From the NCBI GenBank assembly GCA_004764695.1, contig SMSO01000008.1, positions 248,001 to 312,000 of the forward strand: a stretch of 64,000 bases of DNA, given 5' to 3'. The stretch's first letter is position 1. Each line of letters starts with the position of its first letter. The position numbers and the translations under genes are program-made. Positions 1 to 9,300 of the stretch are shown piece by piece. The notes beneath the pieces were generated by a model. The model was not told the origin of the DNA. It was given only the letters and a program-made list of their open reading frames with translations, and did no database searches. This DNA is from Schizochytrium sp. TIO01 (Eukaryota > Protista > Bigyra: Labyrinthulomycetes).

Positions 1-2
1 AT

Positions 3-350
3 ACATCTGAAAGCAAACTATCTGAAGACGAGGAGCTCGCACTTTTACGGCGAGCAGCCCAAGCATGGGAAACCAACGACATGGGCGCTATCCACGCTTG
101 TGAACGTGAAATCCGCGTTCGTTTGCTCGATCCAACCAAGGACACTCGTTCGCGCCTAGAACGCGAGGTGATGCTCCTCCGCCAACAGCTTGAATCTCAG
201 AGCACAGAACTTCTTAAGCTTCGGGTATCCCAGGCTACATCGCCGTATCACTCCCGCAACGCTGCCGGGTCAGACTCCACATCTGTCACCTCGGATATTC
301 ACTCCGAGTCTGATGCCTTCTCCTCAGTATCAGGCGCAGGCTTTTTGTAA
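3..350 (+). CDS. 3' end of a protein-coding gene (partial, begins left of window); coiled-coil then Ser-rich tail
   Basis: The frame of ORF 81..350 is open back to the window edge (TSESKLSEDEELALLRRAAQAWETNDMGAIH...). Heptad-like RSRLEREVMLLRQQLESQSTELLKLR; TAA at 348-350. Confidence 0.7.
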   Translation, partial: TSESKLSEDEELALLRRAAQAWETNDMGAIHACEREIRVRLLDPTKDTRSRLEREVMLLRQQLESQSTELLKLRVSQATSPYHSRNAAGSDSTSVTSDIHSESDAFSSVSGAGFL

Positions 351-1540
351 ATGATTAGAACATTCATGCGTGCACCTTTTCACTTCCGGTCGCTTTCACA
401 ATCCATTTCTCGTCTTCTAACTGCGAAGCGGCTTGCGCACCCCAAGGCTCGACGCGTCGATCCTCTGGTGAATTTAATAATGATTGTACAATTGACCGAA
501 AGATCGAAAGGAAGACACATTTAAAAACAGACAGACAATTTGTTTGCTGATTCTGTTGAGTTTTTTTGTTTGTTTTTCTTTTTTGTTTTTTTTCGGTGGT
601 TATTATTCAGCCATGTTATCATTTCATTGAGGTCGTAAAGCTCGTAAAGCTCGTGCTCGTTTTCTTGATGGGGTTTGGACCCCATTAATTTGACCTGCAA
701 ACAACCTGGGTCTGCCTATCACCCATCCTTTTACTCTCCGTAGACATTCTTAGCCGGATACCATTGACCCATCATGCCAGCCCTGTTTTAGGTCTGGTCA
801 TTATATATCTTCCTGCTTCAAGCTTTTGACAATCCCTGACTTATGTTTGCCCCCACCCCCTGTTTACTCTTTCTAAATTCTTAATGCAATGCATTATTTA
901 CCTTCTCAACATTTAAACTTGATTTGATAATGCGTCAAAATGATGATACGCATTTGGAGAATAGTTGAAACTCGAACATGTAGCTGACGTTGAGCGTACC
1001 AGATAATAATTTCTTTCATTGATCGATCACAATAATAGATGATTGCAACCGTGCCAGTGGAAATCCGCTTTTGTGCGCGGGTGGGCGGGCGAGCGAGCAA
1101 GCAAACAGAAAGATGTGTAATTATTTATCAGCACATAATAAGAATTATTTTGCTGGCATGCTCAATATGCCATGAGTGGGGAGCTAGTTATGCACAGGTT
1201 TCTAAAATACAGGCAGGCTAATCTTAAATAACAATACTTGCTCTTGACTGTTAAATTGTTCGGAGACATTTTTATTTATTTTTTCGAACAGGCTTTGGGT
1301 CGTTCTTCACGACGTTTGTAAAACAACACGTGTGTACGTGACTCTGCTGAATCGTTGTTATGTTGCTTAGAACCTATACTCGGGAAAACTTATTTGCTTA
1401 TTGTTCATATTCCCTTCTCCTTGAGCTTTTGTTGGTGGTGATAGTGGCATCATTTCATTAAAATCTGATCAAACTTTGAAATGCCTTGTTACTTAATTCA
1501 CTTAGACTTGAACTTATAAAAATGGCAAAATTTGCGTTTC

Positions 1541-2260
1541 CTATGGTGACAAACTAGGGCTAAGACCCAATCGCGGGTTAAAATCTAGCCCGCGACTCAA
1601 ATGCATTCTTGAATCGTGTTCTTGGATGGATAGCTAGCACATGCGGATGCCTCTGGCGGCGGGGATCTCATAATCAAGTACGTGTTTGCATATATATGTA
1701 TATATTTACTTTTTTTTGGAGAGGGGGGGGGGGGGGGGGCATTTAAAAACCTTGGATCACCCGAGCTTGTCGTGGATGGTACCACATTCATTGCATGTTC
1801 TTGAAGTGCAATCCTCGAGACAAATAACCATCTTCCATCACTGACAAGGGGGGAGCCCGGCCTCGTGAATAATGAGTGCATGTTCGAAACCAACGAACGA
1901 CAACATCATTTGAGCTGTCTTGATTTCTTGCATCTTGTTAACTTGCTGAGTTTTCAAATTCAGGTAGTCTTCACAAAGCCAAAGCACAAGCTTGCAGATA
2001 ATCTCGTTAGAGCGCAAGCCCGGCCTGTTGAAGTTGACCCCTCTACCGATGCCATTGGGATTGGCACGCACCAGCCCGGCATTCGAAATTCTATTTTTAC
2101 TTGGCAGAGGGCACTCTGACGTAGATAATGGTACGGTCGGTGCTGGGTTGCTCGCGGCTGCCGGGACAAAGCGCAGCCATGGGTGCGCTTAACGTCGCCA
2201 CTTGCGATGAAGGTGTACTTCACTTGCAGTATTTCTTGATGGTTCTTTGTCCATTCCGGT
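1541..2260 (-). pseudogene. Decayed Fanzor2 / IS607-family TnpB-like RNA-guided nuclease gene (RuvC-II, zinc ribbon, RuvC-III remnant)
   Basis: One minus-strand frame read through stops gives EIICKLVLWLCEDYLNLKTQQVNKMQEIKTAQMMLSF...CQ*WKMVICLEDCTSRTCNECGTIHDKLG*SKVFKCP[low-complexity insert]CKHVLDYEIPAARGIRMC*LS. This is colinear with the Fanzor2/IS607-TnpB consensus as I recall it: ELHKKLALWLCENY..FETQQM..KTARxML..VICxEEYTSKTCxxCGxIHxKLGGSKVFKCPxCxxxxDRDxNAARNILLRYL. Stop codons start at 1840, 1759, about 1708 and 1636. The 5' boundary is approximate. Confidence 0.85.
1555..1598 (-). ncRNA. Candidate remnant of the Fanzor omegaRNA scaffold (two stem-loops)
   Basis: Minus strand AGTCGCGGGCTA-GATTT-TAACCCGCGATT forms a ~12-bp stem with one mismatch and one G:U pair. 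It is followed by GGGT-CTTA-GCCC. Both overlap the 3' end of the nuclease frame, where TnpB/Fanzor omegaRNAs lie. Confidence 0.4.
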
Positions 2261-2857
2261 TTCTTACCTAACCTCCCCTTCCTGAATAACTACAATATAT
2301 CATCTATATGGAATAGTCACTGCCATTTGGAGGTTATAGTCGTAGTTTTGATGTTTTCATAGTACAGTTCCACTCGTAAGCGTTGGAAAAAAATAAGATA
2401 TATAAATATAAAGTCATCTCTTGCATCTCTTGTCTTGTACTCCTCGCGGACAGCACGAGTATTGGGGGACTAGTCGATACCCAGCGCCATCTACTCGAGT
2501 CCCACTCTCTCGCAAGCCTCGCTATCTTGCAAGGTACACACCGTATCATAGTTTGCGCGCACTCGTTGCGGACACCCTTCGGCGCGGACTGACAGGTAGG
2601 TAGGTGGCTCCCTAGGTAGCCATTAATAGTAAGTAAAAGTATTTATAACAACTATTTTCTATTTTTCCAATTAAAATGAGCATACGAGCATGCATGCGAA
2701 TGAATGTCGCCCTGAGCTTTACTGGATTGTAAATCTGCGCAGTGAGATCTTTGGAGAGAACTCTCTGCATGGAAGATTGATAAAGAGGTCTCCTTTGAGT
2801 TGTGCTAGAGCTTAACTTTGGAAAAGTAGGTGGCGCAACCTCTACGACGCATGAGCG

Positions 2858-4612
2858 ATGGCGGGCGATGACTTGGCCAAAGTGCTCGCCAAGCGTGCCA
2901 AGTTTCGTCGCGATGTTTGCGCTCGAATGATTCAACGAAAAATGAGGCCTTGGCTTGCTCGCATAATTCGACAAAGAGCTTTCATAAGCAAAGTATGTGA
3001 GCAAGGGGGAGTTTACGAGCAACTTCGACTACAGGCCATCATCGCGGCTTGGAGACGCTTTACAGATGAGGAGGCTGAACGATGGGCCAAAGGTGTCACA
3101 TTCAACGGGCATCGACCAGGGTACCTATGGCAAGATGGCAACCAGGAAATGAAAGAACGCAAATTTATTGTCTTCTTTGACCATCTCGCAATCGTTGATG
3201 CAAAGTCAGGAGAGACGGTTTCAAACATACAATTCAGCCAGATTCGACGCGTGACGAAAGGAGTAGAACAAAAGAAACATGATGTAACAGTGCAGCTTAA
3301 AACAGGACATAAGGAGATATACAAACTTCTCAACTCAATAGGATTTTTTGCGGCATTCCAGTTCAATCTAATGAAATGGCTGCACAGGGAAGCGAGGAAA
3401 AGCTCAAAGCGCAAGAGTATGCGCAACTTAGATATCTTCCAGGAGGACGCTAAGAACAAGGGGCCTGAGATCATCGATTTCAAACCTAAACCTGCTCCCG
3501 ATTTACCCTTGCCAGCAGAGCGTGCCGAAGCCAGTGGTCAAGATGTAACTGGGCTCACTCCCGCTCTTCGATTAGCCTGCCAGTCGGGTCTGGATAAAAG
3601 CGGCCTTTTCGGACCAGTGCAGCGTCCATGGAAGGACGACTGGATCGCCTTGCGTCAAGACCATACGAAGCGGCAGACCTACCAGGAATGGAAGGACATG
3701 GGTCCTCGAGTTCCATTTGGAAGCAACCAAAACTATATTTACTTGGTTCCTATTGGAGATCTTGAAGAGCATGACGGAGGCTGCGAAATTCGTTGCCTTG
3801 CAGACTTTACTCGAAGCTACTTTCATGGCGTTCGAGTAGAAACCCTACCAGCAATTCCTTTAAGAGGTTTGCATAGGGATCGCGGCATGAGGCTTCACAT
3901 CGAGCTAACTGGATTTGACTCTGAAGCTGCTTGCAAGGATACCAGCGTACCTGTTCAACTCAATGAAATGGAAAAGTATTTACGGCAACTCTTGCCTAAT
4001 AACGCATTTATGCTTGTCGGGGTGACCTTACATGAGGTGTGCGCAGGGCCAGGATACGTACGTGGAAGCCCGTATATGACACTGCCTGAAGTGCGCGAGC
4101 ATGCAAATCGTCGACGCCTGTGCGTACTCAGTTTGTCTAGACTTGATCCATGGTACAGGCGTAGCACAGCCAAAGACTTTTACACAATGGAAACACGCGA
4201 GACCCGCAAGGCACTGCTAGTACGCCGTGCCTGCCGGTGGCTTGGCCATCATATAATGTTGTTTTTCGATATGGATCATTGCGTTTACCACAGTTGCCTC
4301 ATGAACGGTTTTGTCAGTCTTGAAGAAATGCATTATGTACCTCTCCAAGTTTGCCCCATTTGTTTACGGAAGCTGCTCGATGCGATTGGGGTGAAAACGT
4401 CGTCACGCTGCATCGAGCGCTACAGCGCTATGCGCAGGTTTTGTCACGTGAACAACCGGGTATTTGCACGCGAAAAACGTTGGTATGATGTTAGAATTAA
4501 GTCACTTGAGAAACGACATCTGCAATACCTCACTGACAAGGAGCTCGAACGACTCTTTGGCGTGATGCTTCCAGAACAAGAAACTCTCTCGCTGCCGGCG
4601 GTGGCGACATAG
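2858..4612 (+). CDS. IQ-motif + PH-like domain + archaemetzincin (peptidase M54)-like domain, predicted catalytically inactive
   Basis: ARMIQRKMRPWLAR is IQ-like and ERKFIVFFDHLAIVDAKSGETVSNIQFSQIRRV is PH-like. AMZ-type segments: FGPVQRPWKDDW..IYLVPIGD and RRACRWLGHHIMLFFDMDHCVYHSCLMNG..LEE....PLQVCPICLRKL. An in-frame stop lies just upstream of ATG 2858. Confidence 0.85.
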   Translation: MAGDDLAKVLAKRAKFRRDVCARMIQRKMRPWLARIIRQRAFISKVCEQGGVYEQLRLQAIIAAWRRFTDEEAERWAKGVTFNGHRPGYLWQDGNQEMKERKFIVFFDHLAIVDAKSGETVSNIQFSQIRRVTKGVEQKKHDVTVQLKTGHKEIYKLLNSIGFFAAFQFNLMKWLHREARKSSKRKSMRNLDIFQEDAKNKGPEIIDFKPKPAPDLPLPAERAEASGQDVTGLTPALRLACQSGLDKSGLFGPVQRPWKDDWIALRQDHTKRQTYQEWKDMGPRVPFGSNQNYIYLVPIGDLEEHDGGCEIRCLADFTRSYFHGVRVETLPAIPLRGLHRDRGMRLHIELTGFDSEAACKDTSVPVQLNEMEKYLRQLLPNNAFMLVGVTLHEVCAGPGYVRGSPYMTLPEVREHANRRRLCVLSLSRLDPWYRRSTAKDFYTMETRETRKALLVRRACRWLGHHIMLFFDMDHCVYHSCLMNGFVSLEEMHYVPLQVCPICLRKLLDAIGVKTSSRCIERYSAMRRFCHVNNRVFAREKRWYDVRIKSLEKRHLQYLTDKELERLFGVMLPEQETLSLPAVAT

Positions 4613-5361
4613 CCATTTGAATCGTTGCTTTAGATCTGTCGCTCAGATATTGACTCTTATAAACTGCAGTCCCACGCCTTTGTCCATTCCCATTGGCCAA
4701 ACAGTGCCTGGTAATAGTGTAGTTTAACTTGTGCTATACAAGGATCGTTGAAAGATAGCAACATCCCAAATCCAATCTGGGCTTTAAAATTATAATTTAT
4801 TGAATCCTTTTGGTCCTTCAAATGCCAGTTTATAAAAAGCAGATGTCAAAGGAATTTAGCAAGGTTTATAAACCCGATCTCTTAGCTATGAGATCCCTCT
4901 CCCTCTCCCCCTCCACCCTAAAACCCACTTATATACGGCATACAAATATCTTCTTTTGCAACTTTAAAGAAAGTCGCCGTATATACTTAATTTAACCTTC
5001 TCTGTCTTGATCTATTTTTGCGTTGGCTATTTTAGTTACCCCGGATCTCCAATTTCTTGCTAGCAGGTTGCGCACTGATTTGTTGTTGATATTATATCAA
5101 ACACTGTGTAGCTTGGAAGCTGAGATGAATTGAAGGATTCAAGGTAGATATCAGAGTTTAAAAAATAAATTAAAAAATCATTTGACTCGGGTTCTGATGT
5201 AAAAAAAATTATGTCGCTTTTCCTAATCATGGGTCAGGGTAAATCTTCGAGGCCAAACACATTCATAGCACTGACCTCCACAGCAGCCAGGAGGAGTGCT
5301 ATCACTGGCTTCGAAGCACCTCTTGGTTACTGCGCTGAGCGGCACAGCCACGCTCGTGAGA

Positions 5362-7470
5362 ATGCTCACAACGAGCGATGCTCGTGGGCTACGGCGAGAC
5401 GATTCCGGTAGCAGCGAGGAGGCATCTTCATTTTTGGCGGATATCGAGCGACGCGAGCGACATGGGGGCCAAATGCAAGCGATGGAAATGGATCTCGGGC
5501 GTCCGGCGAGTGCTACAGACCCATCTTCATCTCCAAGTTCTTCTTCGTCACTCAGAAATAGCAATTCAGCGACTGGGAAAGCTAATGATACGCACGAAAG
5601 GGTCTCTATTGGCAGAATACTAAAAGATGTAATAACAGCTCCTCTAAACGTAGCCAAGTACTACCGCCGGCTAACTGAGGCATTTGGCTGGAGGTTTGTG
5701 GCAATCGTTTCCATCGTATACGGCCTAAACCAGGGTATGGGTGAAGCCTTCTTCGAGTTTGGAGGCCAGTACCTTTTGTCCGATGAACCGCCAGATGGTT
5801 ACGGTCTAAATGCTAACCGCATGGAATCCATTTCGGGATTTGCAAATGTCCCATGGCAGATTAAGTCGGTCTATGGTATTCTTAGTGATAGTTTCCCTAT
5901 CGTGGGCTACCATCGTAGCCCATACGTCGTTATTGCAGGGATTTTTGGTGTGCTGAGCTGGGGCGCTTTATGGCTCGTGCCGCTCAGTCTTGGCATGGTA
6001 GCTACAATGCTTTTCCTTGGTAACCTCTCAGTAGCTTCACCAGACGTTATGATTGATGCTTCTGTGGCTGAGCGCTGTCGTACGCACCCAAACTTTGCCT
6101 CTGATTTACAGACCCTGTGCTGGGCCAGCTTTGGTCTTGGCAAAATCTTTGCCTCCTCTACCATGGGGGTTATTCTCGCAACCTTTGGATCAAGGTCTAT
6201 GTTTGGGCTTACGTCTCTCACAAGCATAGCAATGCTTCTGCCAGCCATTTTTAATTGGCTTACTGAGGAGCCTCGTTCAGCTGAGAGGCTTCTCAGCGAA
6301 GTCCGAATCCCATCGTCCTCGCCATCAACCGAGCCTTCCACAATGACTCGCAACGAAGGAATACGAGTTAGCGAACAAGAACAACGTCCAGAGAATAGCC
6401 TCTATCATCCGACATCACAAGTGTCGTATGCTTCAGGATACGCATCAGTCTCTGCTATTGAGGATATTGAGTTATCTTCCCAGAGCGATGATACAGGTAC
6501 TTCCAGGATATACGGGCAAGATACTAGCGATTACAGTGAGACTGCTATGGCCCCTCATGGTTGCGTCGGACGCTTGCGACACGCGTTTCGTGACCCTCTT
6601 TCTGGCCCGATCTATTACTTATCATTTATCGTCATGGGCATATCAATCTCCATGGGTTTTGTGGCTAAACAAAGTGAGGACTATTTAGTAGTTTTTGGTG
6701 CGGCAATTCTTACGACATTGGCCATTTCAATTGCTGTACTACGCCTCGAAGGTAAAGTAAGTCTCCGTCTTGCTAAAGCATCTTGTTATATTTTTCTAGC
6801 AAATGCCATTCAACCTACATCAGCATTGTTGTTTTTGTGGTCAAAGCGTGACGAGCGTTTCTGCGGTGATAATGAGAGCGCTTGCCCCGGTAAGTTTTGC
6901 CCACGTCCATGTTTCTCAGAGGAATTTATAGCTATGGTCGACGTAGTTGGGTATGTAGTCTTTGTTGTGGGTACATCAATGTACAACAAATACTTGAGTT
7001 TATGGCCCTATCGTCGCATATGGCGAGTAACCCAGATTGCGTTGACGTTTGTAAGCCTCTTAGACCTTGTGTTTGTATGCCGATGGAACTTAGCCATTGG
7101 AATTCCAGACAAAGCGTTCATTATGGGTGATGAAATCCTCTCTGACCTTATTGCGCGGTTGAACACGATGCCATTATTTGTCTTGGCTGCTGCAACCTGC
7201 CCACCAGGAGTAGAGGCAACACTGTTTGCGCTCAATATGGGCCTTTCCAATTTTGGCGGTACATTGGGCAAGTACCATGGACTAGGGTTAATGTGGGTTT
7301 TTGGTGGTGTGACAGGTCCAGAGTTTGCAAATTTAGACTACTTTGTCCTCGTCCGTAGTTTGATGCGACTTTTACCTATTCTTCTAATACCCATGCTGGT
7401 GCCCACTGGAACCCCTCAAACAGAAACCTTCGAGGAGCCAACCCGAGCCGAGGAGGGCGAGAAAAACTAG
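5362..7470 (+). CDS. Folate-biopterin transporter (BT1/FBT family, MFS)
   Basis: Family motifs PWQIKSVYGILSDSFPIVGYHRSPY, DVMIDASVAER and MPLFVLAAATCPPGVEATLFALNMGLSNFG; about 12 hydrophobic segments. First ATG is 5362 (the track start at 5296 is non-ATG). Confidence 0.93.
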   Translation: MLTTSDARGLRRDDSGSSEEASSFLADIERRERHGGQMQAMEMDLGRPASATDPSSSPSSSSSLRNSNSATGKANDTHERVSIGRILKDVITAPLNVAKYYRRLTEAFGWRFVAIVSIVYGLNQGMGEAFFEFGGQYLLSDEPPDGYGLNANRMESISGFANVPWQIKSVYGILSDSFPIVGYHRSPYVVIAGIFGVLSWGALWLVPLSLGMVATMLFLGNLSVASPDVMIDASVAERCRTHPNFASDLQTLCWASFGLGKIFASSTMGVILATFGSRSMFGLTSLTSIAMLLPAIFNWLTEEPRSAERLLSEVRIPSSSPSTEPSTMTRNEGIRVSEQEQRPENSLYHPTSQVSYASGYASVSAIEDIELSSQSDDTGTSRIYGQDTSDYSETAMAPHGCVGRLRHAFRDPLSGPIYYLSFIVMGISISMGFVAKQSEDYLVVFGAAILTTLAISIAVLRLEGKVSLRLAKASCYIFLANAIQPTSALLFLWSKRDERFCGDNESACPGKFCPRPCFSEEFIAMVDVVGYVVFVVGTSMYNKYLSLWPYRRIWRVTQIALTFVSLLDLVFVCRWNLAIGIPDKAFIMGDEILSDLIARLNTMPLFVLAAATCPPGVEATLFALNMGLSNFGGTLGKYHGLGLMWVFGGVTGPEFANLDYFVLVRSLMRLLPILLIPMLVPTGTPQTETFEEPTRAEEGEKN

Positions 7471-7674
7471 AGTCTATGACATATCATTCAAATCTCCATG
7501 CATACACATTCATTATATAATTGTTACTCTAAATTTGGTTGAGTGAATAAAATAAAAAAAACCCATGTCCTTAGTTTGCATCGCATTGATATATGCAGTG
7601 GCTGTCCGCAAGGTATGAATATAAATCAAATGTATTTATATTAACTAAAACGTTTCAACATCTTCGTAGGTTCT

Positions 7675-9300
7675 TTAGCGGACTCGGAGGCGCTTTGTCG
7701 CTTCCTCATGTTCTTTACGAGATACGTCGCGATCATTACTTCCGAGATATCCGATATCCTCTGCCTTAAGCTGTACTACACCAAGGCCCTCCGGTACATG
7801 CATCATAAACTCATAATACGATTCTAAATGACGCTTACGTATGGGAGGCGGGATAGCACGCTTTGTATTCCCGCGTGTTTTCGACATTAGAGGAACGTTC
7901 CAGCTCAATACTTTACCTTTTCCGCCCATCGAAATGTCAATATTTACTCGATAGTTTGGTTCTTCGTTTGATATTCTCTTTTGGCTTCCGACGTTTTCTG
8001 TATCTTCAACAGACTGGCCAACACACTTTGAGAAGGTGATGCGATAAACAGCAATCTGAATAGAGATTGACCATGAGTTATTCTCGAGTTTCTCGAGAAT
8101 AATAATGGATTCAAGGTCTTTGCCTTTGCGAAGCTTGAGCATCTTTGTATGCAGACTGCCAGAATTTACTTTAAAAACAAGAACACGGTTTCCCGAGCTT
8201 GAAGAATGCTGAACCCAATTGAGCGTTTCGGTTTCTCCAGGTTGCTCACCGTCACTGTGGCTTACGTTCGTAGTCGTTGTGAGTGTGAGTTTTGATATGT
8301 CCTCATCAGACATAGCAGGAAGACACTGCCCCGAATGACGAATATATTTTAAAGGGGCAAAATTTGGACAGCATGCTACTGGTTCTAGTTTTAGCCCTGA
8401 GCCATGATCCACTCCAAGGTTGGGTATGGCCTTCGCAGCTTCTTTCAGGGTATCGTGGTCTGTTTCAGAAGCTCCTTCATTGCGGCCATCTTGTGAATCG
8501 TTTTCGGCACGACCGCTTTCATCAGAGTCGTTTTTTAGACTGCTCAGGCCGGCCCGTTGCTCCTTGGCGTCGGGGTTGATCTTTGAGTGATTTCTGTCTT
8601 GATGACTACTGGAAATATTTCTGTGATCCTTACGGTCGTTCACATCATCTTGGACTTTAGAGGGCGCCCCGGAACCCACCTCCGAATCCAACTCTGGGTT
8701 CTGATCATCAATCGCATCCGGCTTCTCCACGACTGAATCCGAATCCTGAGGCAAATGCGAATCTGAAGGGGCAAAACTTGGACAGTATTCTACTGGTTTT
8801 GGCCTTGGGCTATCCACTACCTGGTCGGGTATGTTTTGAGCTTGTCCCCGATGGAGTTTGGCCTTTGCAGCTCCTTTTAGAGTATCGTGGTCTGTTTCAG
8901 AAGCTTCTTCATTGCGGCCATCTTGTGAATCGTTTTGGACACGACCGCTTTCATCGGAGTCGTTTTCTAGACTGATCAGGCTGGCCCGTTGATCCTTGGT
9001 GTCGAGGTTGATCTTTGAGTGATTTCCGTCTTGATCACTACTGGAAATATTTCTGTGATCCTTACGGTCGTTCACATCATCTTGGACTTTAGAGGGCGCC
9101 GCGGAATCCACCTCCGAACACACTTCTGTGCCCAGATCATCAATCGAATCGCATGAAGCAGAAGGGTCCTCCCGCCTCGAATGCAAATCCGGAAGCGGAA
9201 CCGAATCTAAATCCACAACAAGCGGATTCAAACCCCAAAGCCAAGGCGAGCCCGAATCGTGAGATTGGGATTCTGGATAATCATTGCAGTGCTTTTCCAT
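7675..9300 (-). CDS. Hypothetical protein; acidic disordered N-terminal half with internal duplication, possibly globular C-terminus
   Basis: Open frame of about 541 codons from ATG 9300. No recognisable family motif. Confidence 0.65.
   Translation of the reverse strand: MEKHCNDYPESQSHDSGSPWLWGLNPLVVDLDSVPLPDLHSRREDPSASCDSIDDLGTEVCSEVDSAAPSKVQDDVNDRKDHRNISSSDQDGNHSKINLDTKDQRASLISLENDSDESGRVQNDSQDGRNEEASETDHDTLKGAAKAKLHRGQAQNIPDQVVDSPRPKPVEYCPSFAPSDSHLPQDSDSVVEKPDAIDDQNPELDSEVGSGAPSKVQDDVNDRKDHRNISSSHQDRNHSKINPDAKEQRAGLSSLKNDSDESGRAENDSQDGRNEGASETDHDTLKEAAKAIPNLGVDHGSGLKLEPVACCPNFAPLKYIRHSGQCLPAMSDEDISKLTLTTTTNVSHSDGEQPGETETLNWVQHSSSSGNRVLVFKVNSGSLHTKMLKLRKGKDLESIIILEKLENNSWSISIQIAVYRITFSKCVGQSVEDTENVGSQKRISNEEPNYRVNIDISMGGKGKVLSWNVPLMSKTRGNTKRAIPPPIRKRHLESYYEFMMHVPEGLGVVQLKAEDIGYLGSNDRDVSRKEHEEATKRLRVR
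8351..9120. repeat. Intragenic tandem duplication (two copies, offset about 415-432 bp)
   Basis: ggaacccacctccgaa (8671) and ggaatccacctccgaa (9103) are 432 bp apart. The protein segment PSKVQDDVNDRKDHRNISSS...ASETDHDTLK.AAKA occurs twice, as does PV..CP.FAP. Confidence 0.95.

Noticed and set aside
668-687. Small hairpin ATGGGGT-TTGG-ACCCCAT
   Set aside because: A 7-bp stem is expected by chance in 64 kb, with no supporting context.
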